From contig NC_134027.1 in NCBI RefSeq assembly GCF_964204645.1, positions 20,050,560 to 20,114,559 of the forward strand: 64,000 nucleotides of DNA, read 5' to 3'. The notes beneath the pieces are model-generated. The model was not told the DNA's origin, ran no database searches, and saw only the letters and a program-made list of their open reading frames with translations. This stretch comes from Tubulanus polymorphus (taxonomy: Eukaryota; Animalia; Nemertea). Positions within the stretch are counted from its first letter, which is position 1. Each line of letters begins with the position of its first letter. Below, in pieces: positions 34,301 through 47,000 of the stretch. Both the position numbers and the translations under genes were made by a program.

Positions 34301-37300
34301 TCGCGCCATTTTGCAGAGCTTCTCGAGACCTGTGGTGACAGGTCTGCTTGAAAACTGATGAAATGGAAAAAACTTTACTTTCTATAACCTTTATATAGTT
34401 ATAAGTATAATATAAATTGCTAACCATAGATAGAGTTAATCTTAAGTTACTATAAAACAATAATTTTGAAGCGAGACCTGACACGGCAGCTCGCGCCATT
34501 TTGCAGAGCTTCTCGAGACCTGTGGTGACAGGTCTGCATTAAAACTGATGAAATGAAGGAAAACATTAATTTTTATGGTCTCTTTATAGTAAAGAGTATA
34601 ATATAAATTGCTAACCATGGATAGAATTAATCTTAAGTTACTATAAAACAATAATTATGAAGCGAGACCTGACACGGCAGCTCGCGCCATTTTGCAGAGC
34701 TTCTCGGGACCTGTGGTGACAGGTCTGCTTGAAAACTGATGAAATGGAAAAAACTTTACTTTTTATGGTATCTTTATAGTAATGAATATAAAATAGATTG
34801 CTAACCATGGATATAGTTAATCTTAAGTTACTATAAAACATTAATTATGAAGCGAGACCTCACACGGCAGCTCGCGCCATTTTGCAGAGCTTCTCGAGAC
34901 CTGTGGTGACAGGTCTGCTTGAAAACTTACTTTTTATGGTATCTTTATAGTAATGAATATAATATAGATTGCTAACCATGGATATAGTTAATCTTAAGTT
35001 ACTACAAAACAATAATTTTGAAGCGAGACCTCACACGGCAGCTCGCGCCATTTTGCAGAGCTTCTCGAGACCTGTGGTGACAGGTCTGCTTGAAAACTGA
35101 TGAAATGGAAAAAACTTTACTTTTTATAACCTTTATACAGTTATAAGTATAAAATAGATTGCTAACCATGGATATAGTTAATCTTAAGTTACTATAAAAC
35201 ATTAATTATGAAGCGAGACCTCACACGGCAGCTCGCGCCATTTTGCAGAGCTTCTCGAGACCTGTGGTGACAGGTCTGCTTGAAAACTTACTTTTTATGG
35301 TATCTTTATAGTAATGAATATAATATAGATTGCTAACCATGGATATAGTTAATCTTAAGTTACTACAAAACAATAATTTTGAAGCGAGACCTCACACGGC
35401 AGCTCGCGCCATTTTGCAGAGCTTCTCGAGACCTGTGGTGACAGGTCTGCTTGAAAACTGATGAAATGGAAAAAACTTTACTTTCTATAACCTTTATATA
35501 GTTATAAGTATAATATAAATTGCTAACCATAGATAGAGTTAATCTTAAGTTACTATAAAACAATAATTTTGAAGCGAGACCTGACACGGCAGCTCGCGCC
35601 ATTTTGCAGAGCTTCTCGAGACCTGTGGTGACAGGTCTGCATTAAAACTGATGAAATGAAGGAAAACATTAATTTTTATGGTCTCTTTATAGTAAAGAGT
35701 ATAATATAAATTGCTAACCATGGATAGAATTAATCTTAAGTTACTATAAAACAATAATTATGAAGCGAGACCTGACACGGCAGCTCGCGCCATTTTGCAG
35801 AGCTTCTCGGGACCTGTGGTGACAGGTCTGCTTGAAAACTGATGAAATGGAAAAAACTTTACTTTTTATGGTATCTTTATAGTAATGAATATAAAATAGA
35901 TTGCTAACCATGGATATAGTTAATCTTAAGTTACTATAAAACATTAATTATGAAGCGAGACCTCACACGGCAGCTCGCGCCATTTTGCAGAGCTTCTCGA
36001 GACCTGTGGTGACAGGTCTGCTTGAAAACTTACTTTTTATGGTATCTTTATAGTAATGAATATAATATAGATTGCTAACCATGGATATAGTTAATCTTAA
36101 GTTACTACAAAACAATAATTTTGAAGCGAGACCTCACACGGCAGCTCGCGCCATTTTGCAGAGCTTCTCGAGACCTGTGGTGACAGGTCTGCTTGAAAAC
36201 TGATGAAATGGAAAAAACTTTACTTTTTATAACCTTTATACAGTTATAAGTATAATATAAATTGCTAACCATAGATAGAGTTAATCTTAAGTTACTATAA
36301 AACAATAATTTTGAAGCGAGACCTGACACGGCAGCTCGCGCCATTTTGCAGAGCTTCTCGAGACCTGTGGTGACAGGTCTGCATTAAAACTGATGAAATG
36401 AAGGAAAACATTAATTTTTATGGTCTCTTTATAGTAAAGAGTATAATATAAATTGCTAACCATGGATAGAATTAATCTTAAGTTACTATAAAACAATAAT
36501 TATGAAGCGAGACCTCACACGGCAACGCGCGCCATTTTGCAGAGCTTCTCGAGACCTGTGGTGACAGGTCTGCTTGAAAACTGATGAAATGGAAAAAACT
36601 TTACTTTTTATGGTATCTTTATAGTAATGAATATAAAATAGATTGCTAACCATGGATATAGTTAATCTTAAGTTACTAAAAAACATTAATTATGAAGCGA
36701 GACCTCACACGGCAGCTCGCGCCATTTTGCCGAGCTTCTCGAGACCTGTGGTGACAGGTCTGCATTAAAACTGATAAAATGAAGGAAAACATTGATTTTT
36801 ATGGTCTCTTTATAGTAAAGAGTATAATATAAATTGCTAACCATAGATAGAATTAATCTTAAGTTACTATAAAACAATAATTTTGAAGCGAGACCTGACA
36901 CGGCAGCTCGCGCCATTTTGCAGAGCTTCTCGGGACCTGTGGTGACAGGTCTGCACTAAAACTGATGAAATTGAAAAAACTTTACTTTTTATAACCTTTA
37001 TATAGTAAAGAGTATAATATAAATTGCTAACCATGGATATAGTTAATCTTAAGTTACTATAAAACAATAATTTTGAAGCGAGACCTGACACGGCAACGCG
37101 CGCCATTTTGCAGAGCTTCGGGACCTGTGGTGACAGGTCTGCACTAAAACTGATGAAATTGAAAAAACTTTACTTTTTATAACCTTTATATAGTAAAGAG
37201 TATAATATAAATTGCTAACCATAGATAGAGTTAATCTTAAGTTACTATAAAACAATAATTTTGAAGCGAGACCTGACACGGCAGCTCGCGCCATTTTGCA

Positions 37301-37967
37301 GAGCTTCTCGAGACCTGTGGTGACAGGTCTGCTTGAAAACTGATGAAATGGAAAAAACTTCATGCTTTAAATTGATGAGTTGATTTAAAATCAGTCTCAA
37401 TAAAATCAGTCTCTATATTGCATTCGGCTCTTTTACATGTACATCATAAAGACAATGAATATATATAGTGAGACTTCAGGACTTCAGGACAGTGAGGAGT
37501 GTTGCCGAACTGTGATAGTGAGCAGATAATTTTCAGTGTCTTATTGCGGAAACGAAATATCAAGACCTCGATTCATCTAGCGAAAATATTCTCTTATAAT
37601 GTGCTCTTATTTCTACATTAATTAATTCATCTTTGCCTGAAACTTATTTTTTACCTTTAATACAGAAATAAGTCATAGTTTACACATAAATATTTTCTTC
37701 TTATAAATCAACCTTTCAAATGAATTATTTGTCAGAACATTTTCCTTATCGTTATTGTTGAATCATTTTCGATATTAACGACGGGTCAGAATATTCATTC
37801 AACTCAAAATGTTCTTCCATTCGTCTAACACATGCCTAGATATTTCGCCGTTCCGTCAAATATTGTCATGAGTTTGGGTTTTTTCGGGACCTGACATGAC
37901 AGGTCAGACCTGTCATGTCAGGTCTTAAGACCTGACATGACAGGTTCTGGAAACTCTGCAGACAGAC
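31372..37967. mobile_element. 6.6-kb non-autonomous TIR element (hAT-like CAGAG ends) carrying an internal satellite array
   Basis: About 60-bp TIRs with 3 mismatches: GTCTGTCTGCAGAGTTTCCAGAACCTGTCATGTCAGG... (from 31372) and ...CCTGACATGACAGGTTCTGGAAACTCTGCAGACAGAC (to 37967). The subterminal palindrome GACCTGNCATGNCAGGTC is repeated at both ends. No transposase ORF. Confidence 0.85.
31680..37360. repeat. Satellite array of about 30.5 monomers (171-191 bp) with higher-order structure
   Basis: GAAGCGAGACC recurs at 31691, 31881, 32072, 32262, 32433, 32623 ... 37075, 37263 (31 starts). Monomer lengths 191/190/171/190 form a 742-bp unit that alternates with a 1103-bp six-mer. Confidence 0.97.
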
Positions 37968-38083
37968 ATCAATCCATTATTTTCATAAATAATTCATCGT
38001 CGAACATGTTCCAGTTCCGTAAATAATCGCCACTCGTTAGCAGCGATGTTCTAGAACCCGCTTAGGAGGAAAACGAACGGATA

Positions 38084-41000
38084 ATGAATACGGGTCACCT
38101 GGCGTACAGCCGTAAAGTGCTGCAAGTTGGAATCGCTCAGATTTGTCAGCAGCTCGGCTGGAATTCAATACAATCATCAGCTCTCGAGCTGATGACAGAT
38201 ATCATCGAACGGTACCTGACCGAAATAGGAAAATCTACTCATCGATATTGCGAACAGTGTAAGAATTAGTTTAATTGTTGATTGCACAGGATGCCCTGAG
38301 GCCGAGTGTATTGTTATTGGACCAAATTGGTGCCTGATAAAAGTACAGACCTGTACCTCGATTGACGCAATCGAATTACAAATCAATGGCTTAGATCCAG
38401 GAATGTCTATCCAATGCTGTGATTTATTTTAGGCAGGTGATATTTTGCTTGCCGGGCGATTACTCTACCACTTGAGCTATCGGGGGTGACTTGGAGATCC
38501 TCCTTATTACCGAGATGACATGAAATATAGCACATTTATTTATTCCTTATCGATTTTAACATTTGAAATCATGTTATATCAGTAATAAATACCTTCTAGA
38601 GTCATATTTTACATGTTTTTCCGGATATTTAGTAAAAGAATTTTGACTTCAAATACATCATCTCGGTTAGCAATAAAATTTCATTGAATTTGATAGATCA
38701 ACGATCTCATCTCGTTACAGCTAACAGTTATTTTTCTACAAGAATATTCGCAGAAATATGTAAAATGTGACTCCAGCAGGCATTTATTACTGATATAATA
38801 TGATTTCAAGTGTTAAAATCGATAAGGAATAAATAAATATGTTATATTTCATGTTATCTCGGTTCATCTCAGTAAATTACGTCATCTCGGTAATAAGGAG
38901 GACGGCAGGCTAGTGTTAGGATCGCAGATAGAGGTTTTGGGGCTTCCCTTACATCTTTACATTTATCGATCCATTGGCTATAATCGTCACGCTTAAGCCA
39001 AGAATCCTGAAATCTACATTATCAAGGCTTTCTCATAATAAGTAGATTTTAAGAGCTATAACAGCGAACTTGTAACTTTGACCTGCAGATGATAACTAAT
39101 GACTGATCTAGTAAAAGCCATTTGAAAATTTGTCTTGCAGCAATAATTGGTATGTAATCATAGTAGAACATAGAACACATCAGAATTAACTGTAATTGAT
39201 TAACACTAGATACAGTCAGCCTAATAGTAGTTTGTCACCACTGCTTATTTCAAATGAATAATAAATTGAAAACATCAGAAGAGTCAAGAGAACAAAAGCA
39301 GGCCACTCTTATGGATCATGCTTATTGTTTTCCCTATAGAAAATTACATCAATTAGAATATAAATTAGACATTAGCCGCATTCACACTAGATTCAGCGTG
39401 TACAGGTGTACAGGAGTACCATACATCGCTGGTGCCGAATTCATCAAAATACGGCGCTTACACCCATTTACGTTCACACGTAGAGTCGCCAATTTGGCGC
39501 TTAGTAAGCCCAGAATAGTAGTCACCCAGTGTGCCAATAGAGGGGAGTGTAATAAGTGTTTAGTGTTTTGTACTTTGAGGATATAAATACGCGGCTAGCT
39601 CAGCGCCGAATCTGCGTTCACTCCTTTCTCCATCTTTCTTTTATTATTCTTTTAATTGTTTCTTACTTTGGAACTAACTTCAGCAATCGTCAGCAGTGCT
39701 CGTCTGTCTCCACTGCGGGTGTAAACCAAGGTGGAATCCATTTACTTTTGGAAGTTTAGAAGACACTTCGGATGGATTGTCTCGATATTTGGTTTATTTA
39801 TGTAGTTTATATAAGCCCTAGACACAAAACTGCAGCCCAAAAACTGGGCCCGTCAGATTCAAGATGGTTTACTAGCAGCCATTGTTATCGACAAAAATCA
39901 GCACTCTTCACATTATTGAAGTTTTCACGCAAAATTTCGATAACCCCTTGGTCTTGAGGTTTCAATCCCTCACGACCATGGTCCCAACGATGACATTATA
40001 GCTAACTTCTACCTTTTTGTTGCAGTTGGACGTACCGAGCCGAATTTAGACGACGTCGCTTTAGCGTTTCAGTATATCGGTATACCGCTGTCCGAACTGG
40101 AAGAATATGCAAAGAACTTCGCCGAAAACGTGCCTTACCCGAAAGACGTCGTTAAGTTCCCGAAACGCAAACGCAATCAGATGCATTTCCCGAAAGCGGG
40201 ATCGAAAGAACTCGAGTCCCGCGATGAAAATGTCCACGATCATCTGCCCGTTATGCACCGAGAATGGGGAGGTAGGATTCGATTAGTTTTTCTGTTATGA
40301 TCAGTCCAAAAGTTGTGAGTTTAACATGTTCATTTGATAGTTCGAATTGCATTTAGACTTTCAAACACTTTCCTCACTTTATTTGAATCTCTTGCGCTTT
40401 CACACTTTGATGAGACTTAACGGTTTTAACGAAATACTATTTTTTTCTCTTTTTTGTTGAAATTTTTGCATATATATTAAATATGAAATATGAAACAGAA
40501 CCAGGTAATTTCAATCAAGTTTTATGCGTGTGTTTTGCATGGATTCATCATACGTAGCAATCACTCATTCCAGTTACACCTACTCGAAGATTAGGCACAA
40601 AAATATCTCATCCCTCACTGTTCAATAAAACTCGTGATCAAACCAAAACAAATGTTTTATGAAAATTTATTTACATGTTTTGTAATTTTTCAAGCTGTGT
40701 TGTTGGTGATGGGTTATCATCAAAATCTGCTACAGTAGATCTTGCTTATGTTACTCGAACGCATTACCGAATTATTTGAAATGCAAGAAATCTTGCATTT
40801 AGTAAGTGAATGGCAATGCTACGGCAATGCGATGATCCACTATGTGGCAATGGAGTATTCCAATTGTCTCAAGTGATAATCCACCAGGTGTGCTACTAGT
40901 GTGCATCAACTTCTGTGGCAATTTGTTGACCTATCCAAATGACGACTGACGTACACTTCGTAAATTGAAATATGAATTAGGACTCGTAAACGAATGACTT

Positions 41001-44000
41001 AACTGAGTTCAACTGTACGAATATTTCAAACATGGGTTTGTACGTAAGCAAGATGAACTGTAATTTCATATCTAAAATTCCTGCTGTTGGTGAAGGGTTT
41101 GTTTCATTCATATTGTACAAAACTATTATTTCCTCATTGTTTTAGAAAATGGGCTTCGATATTTTAACTTGTTTTGATTCATTAGGTCGGTCATGCTACC
41201 TGAGTAGACCCTGCTTAATCCAGGTCATTCAGAACTAATGAAACTAATCCAGTTCGTGAGAAATCTGAATTAAAGACCTTTTTTAGCCAACTTTGGGCAT
41301 AAGGCTAGTGTTTTCTTCCCATAAGGCTAGTATTTCTTCCCATCAGTCCTTGTTCATAGACCGAAGGTTTTTTTTTGATGTTCATAGACCGAAGGTTTTT
41401 TTTTGAGGGAAATATCAACAGGTTTTTAACGTACCGTATATGACTGACTTAGTCTTGGTATTGAGTACTGCCATAGGACATATATTGGTACTGTGCATAT
41501 ATCTTACAGGCCAATCCACAATTAAGGGGTCATTCATTGAAAAATTCAAATTTTATGCGTGTTTGTAATAAATGAGTGATCCCCAATTGCAGTTCTGATA
41601 ACATGCTCTCTGATTGTGGCGAGTCTCAAGGTTATTGGTATCTGTAATATTCTCCGGGGTGTTGAATAATGGAATAATACAGATATCTACATATCCTTCC
41701 ATCCATATTGGTACCTACGGTCTGGGACTTGTACTCCTAGTTTATTTAATATGATTTATGAGCTGTTATATACTGGAACCGTAGTAATGTGTCGTGTGGA
41801 TAAGATACAAATGCTTGACTCTAAGACCATATGTGGCCTAATATCTTAAAGGCTTATCTGGCTGGGAGTTGTACTAAGTTTCACAAAGGGGTTAACTCAT
41901 TTAAATTGGTTTGATTTCTTCATGCACGTAGGGCCTATCCTGGTGATTCGACTTTTGTGAAACTGGCTCCGAAAATCCCTGTACCAACAACTTAGTGGTT
42001 AAAGGTGTTCATGAGTTGTGCCTATTTGAATTCTTAACTATGAAATTTTGTTCATTAATTTTTCCGTTGTAGATTTGCCAGTGGATTCAACGTCTCGGGC
42101 TACTCCGGACACTCGGGCTCCAGAAGTACCATTAGATGAGACTCCAGTTGATAAACATACAATCGGCAGTCCTGATACCCCTCCGCCAGCAAAAAGACAG
42201 AGGTATAAGAGCATTTCCTTAATATTTTATCAATGAACCTTTCTTCTACATATGTTTATCACCAGACTACAGAGGCTTCAGCCACATGTTGAGTTAACAG
42301 GTCGATTAAAATACGTAGATTTATGTATCTATTTAAATTTACGTATTTTACGTAATTTTACGTAGGTCAAAGCATAACCTATACCCCCTTCTTTAGGCCG
42401 GTGGTACACCCTGTTTAAAACGGCACATCTGATTGGCTTTCACTCCATAATATAACCAAGTTCTTTTAGAAAAAGTTTGGCATTTCTATCTTAATTGTGT
42501 TAATAGGGGTGACAGGTTGAAGTAAGCCAGTGGTTGTATTTTACCCATCACTGCCATATTTGGAGGCTGCTGCGAAAGTGATCTTGTGGTCAGGGAACAC
42601 AGTTAGTGTTTAAAGGGGTGGAGGGCTAAGTTCTGCTGATTTCTACTGTGGCATTTGATGATCTACCGTGGCGTTTTGTCAGCATAAATTTTTTAACACG
42701 ACATTGGAGAACTATGGTCACTAATTTGATGCGTAGTCAGAAGTACTTATTCACGAAAAAGCTTCAGACTTTAAAGTGAATATTTAAAATACAAATAAAA
42801 AACAAAACTCCAGTATAAAACAAAATTTATCATTGCATCTTCAAATTTATTGACTTGCCATATTTCACTCGTTTTTGTCAATTGGAAACCTGTGAAAACT
42901 CTTAAGAAGCAAAAAATTTCAAAATTGAGTGGAATTTTTTATCAATACGACTGTTAAATGAAGATATTCTTCACCCTGTTGTCGAAAATGATATTGAAAC
43001 CTAGTTTTCCCCGCAAAAACACAAAGCCAGCTGGTGTTGCCACCCTTATAATTTCACCATTTTTCATGCCAATCTAACGATCTTTAATGCCAGTTGCAGC
43101 CGGAATGTATAGTCCCTGAATGTTCTTCTATTTTTTCCTTAGTTATTATCACTCAGGAATAACTTTAAATGCAATGGAGTTGAGATAAAACAACAAAATC
43201 AAAGAGCGTGTATAACGGTGAAAACTTGCAAACTTTCTTAATAGCTAAATATGTAAATTTACGTACGCGGTCCAGTTACACAGTTCCGAGTTAAGATTTA
43301 ACTCTGAGTTAACTCATTGAAAATGAACTAACTTTAACTCTGAGTTAAATCTAACTCACAACTGTGGAGCTGGGTCCAGTATTTTAATCGACCTGGTTAA
43401 ACTAAGATTGTTTGCGGCTGTTTTTAATACAATACATGTATATCCGTTAATTCACAATTAGTCAAAGCATGGTAGTACCATTCGAGGGCGGGTGCAGGAA
43501 AACCCTGTTAGTACAAACCATGGTTAGTAAACTGGTTAGGCGTATTGGGCGCAGTAAAACGATGTTAGCTAACCATTGTCTTCATGTGGCCTTTTTATTT
43601 TAAGCTGGTTAGCTTAACTACAGATAAGCCACTAACCAAGGTTAGGCTTAAGAGGTTTTCCTGCGCCTGCCTCAACTTAGTACCATTACCCTGGTAGTAT
43701 GATGATTCATGAATTCTTGGCCAAAGTGGAATCGAAATATAACGTCAAAATTTTATATTTAAGGATTCTTCCGGAAGAAGCCGGCCATTCGCAATACGAG
43801 ATGATGAGCGTGGTTCTATCGTCGAACGGATTGTTAACGCCGAACAAAGAGACTGGAAAATTGCCTGACGCGCGCACACCACCTCAAACCAGTCGTCAGT
43901 TAGGCATACGTATGCCCGACAAACCAAGTACGTTCAAAGGCCGCGAAAAAACAGACTCTAAATTGCCGCAAATCGGCGTGCTCGAACGCGAACGCGTCGA

Positions 44001-47000
44001 GAAAACCGGCCGTGTCATACGTGTCATGAAACCGGCGACCAAAGTACGACCGAAAAAATTTGCATCGTCCGGAATCCGTGTGCTCGCTGTCGGTAATAAG
44101 GAACAGGTCAAGGCCGAACAGGCGCGAATCGAGAAAGCGCTCGTCGAGAAGGAACGACTGGTGAACGTGGAGCGCGAGAAACTGAAGAAAAAGGAGTCTG
44201 AATATCATCATCAGAAGAAGGATCGGTCGAAATTCGGAAAAGAAGACGAGGACTATCGACCTCCAGCGCCGTCTAGAGGTCGTTCACCGCGCGGACGATC
44301 GCCGGGTCGTGGTCGTAAATCTCCCGGAAGGTCGCCTGGCCGATCGCCGGTCAATCGATCACCCGGTCGCGGTCGTAGTCCGAAAGGTGGTGGTAAAATT
44401 CACGCCAAGCCAGCCGTCGTTGTAGAATCAAGAACTAAGTCTCCCGAACAATCGTCGCCGGAGCGACCGTCGAAATCGCCGGACAAAACGAACATTCGAA
44501 CAATCTCATCTTCTGACGAGGACGACGACGAAAATGCGAGTTTAGTCATAACTGACGACGGGAAGCCTTCAAATGACGCCAGTAAAAAGGCGCGTTTAGC
44601 CGCCATTGATGACACTTTCAATTCGGTCTTGAGTATGGAAGTATCCGATTCAAAACGCGGTAAAAACAAAAAGGAAGAAAGCTCAATGTCGGCAAAATTA
44701 AAATCACCCACGCCAGATCGGTTGGTCGCCGCCGAAGTTGTAGCTGCGTCGAGTCCGAAATTGGCGCCGCCGCCAAAAGCGGGTGGTAGTCCGCGTAAAA
44801 AACATCGCGCTGGTAAAAAAGGTGCAAAAGCTTCGAAGGCTACGCTCGTCCCTACTGTCCCCGTATCGTCAAAAGTTACCTTGGAAATGGAGGCAACTAC
44901 AACGAGTATTGTTGCGACCGATGACGAACGTAAAGAATTGGTCAGCGACCGGCAGACTGACAACCGACAAACAGTGACTGGATCACCGGCGAAGCAGATC
45001 ATCGATGAATCGCCCGAACAAAGAATCGTAGCACCATTGAAAATGAGAATTATGGATGATGGATCGACAGTGATTAAAGGCAAAGTGAGTGTCAGTTATG
45101 ATGATTGAAATATCTTTTTTGAGGTCTGGACCTCTGAGCGTTGAAATTTTTTTCTTTTTCAATAGTAACTGAACAACTAAACCAAAAATTTGTTACTTCA
45201 CTCCAAAATTTGATTATTTTAACCTTAAAATCACCCTTATCCCGGTTTCATGAAAAAGTTTATCAGAATCTTAAGCATGAACATAAAATCTTTGTTCCCA
45301 AGGTGTTGACTGTTTCATGAAATCTTTAATCCAAATTCCACAGTTATAGATAAATACAGTGGGTAATTAGAGTTACATTGCTGGAGTCAAATTTGGTTAA
45401 TTTTAAACGTTTAACTAAATTTGATTTCCTTATTAATCAGTATCAAGAAAGGACTACACTAGGTTTCAATTGGGTGTGGCTGATTCTGGAATAATCATCT
45501 TCGGCTTTCATTTCAATTGTTACTTGAGGTACTACTCTGTTCTGCTGGGCAATTTTTAATAAGGGTTTAGCCACTGTCTGCAGTGTCAGAACTCTGGAAG
45601 CTACGTAGTAATCAACGTTGTATCTACGGTTAGATAACTCATTCCGGAAAAATGCACCTTCCATGACAGGTTATCTCATCACTCATTTTATCACTCACTT
45701 AAGCCAGGATACATTCAATCGAAACTTTTTGTGAAACTGGGCCCAGAGTTGAATATCTGTTGATCTGGGTCCTAACAATACTTTTTGAAAAGGGTTCTTA
45801 AGCTTTGAATCTTTCCGGTCTTCTTTTCATTCCAAGAAATTTTTCTTCTCAATCAATATGGGTTGAAAAAAGTAATATGAATGATTAAGATGCACCACTG
45901 TGAAATGCTTCAGGATAAAAAGAAAAAGAGGGATAAAGAAAAGAAAAAGAAGAATAAGGACAAAGATAAAGAAAAGATCAGAGAGAAGAAAAAGAAAAAA
46001 CACAAGGACAAGGTTAGAATTTCTTTTATATGATGGACTCTCAAAAAATTCATTGTTGATGGATGTTTGTTTTGAGGAGGCAGTCCATCAATGTAATCGC
46101 AGGGATCCCAATTTTCCGACTTTAATCGAAATTCCGACTTTTAAAAAATTTTATGGTCTCTGAGATCGATCAAGATTTGATGTTAAAACAAAGGGGGTAG
46201 GGGGTTATGAGCGGTTATGCCACTTGGTTTCACGAGTCACGCTAGATTCCGGTCCCGAGAACTTCTCAGATGCCCCGAAATTGCCTCAAATTTAAAAAAT
46301 TTTCTTGGGGGCAGGACTCCCAAATCCCCCGTATAAATGGCTTTGCGCCTATGGCGCTCACGAGGACAGAACAAGGTCAAATTGATTTCCGATTTTTTTT
46401 GGTAACTACTGTTGGGATCCCTGAATCGTCAGAGGTATGCACCTTCAAATTGAGGACATAGAATAATGTCCTTTAAGTTTTCACAAGGATATATCACAGT
46501 ATCATTGGTTCAATTGTCTTCAAAGTAATCATAGCATTGATTTGGTAGCCATGTTTTGGGGTTGATGCATTTATATAAAAGTGATGATTCAGAGAAGATA
46601 TCAAAATCACACATTTGGAGTGAAAGATAGAGGAGCCTCGGGTTTCCATGATGGAGCTCGGTTTTTGCTCTGATTACAATTTTTGTGAATGTATATTTTC
46701 AGAAGGGAGATACCGATGGTGGAAAGTCTGTACCGAGGATAACTCTGAAATTCGGAAGTTTAGGTGGCTCGAGTCCTGTGACTGTAGTCACTGACTCGAA
46801 AACATCAAAACCATCATTTCCGAAATTGTAAGTCATTCTTATGATGTTCTACTATTGTTTTTACTAATTGAGTTATCTTCTTGTTCGCAATACAGCGAAT
46901 AAATAATTAACTTATAATTAAGAATTGATAACTAATGGCATTGGAAATTTCTCATTTTACTGATTAACGAAATATCTAATAATTTGAATGATGGGGTACA

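Noticed and set aside
31670-37363. Series of repeated minus-strand ORFs (MFYSNLRL..., MARAAVSG...) and a superficial CRISPR-like repeat/variable pattern
   Set aside because: The ORFs are translations of satellite monomers. The variable parts are homologous to each other rather than unique spacers, and the context is eukaryotic with no cas genes.
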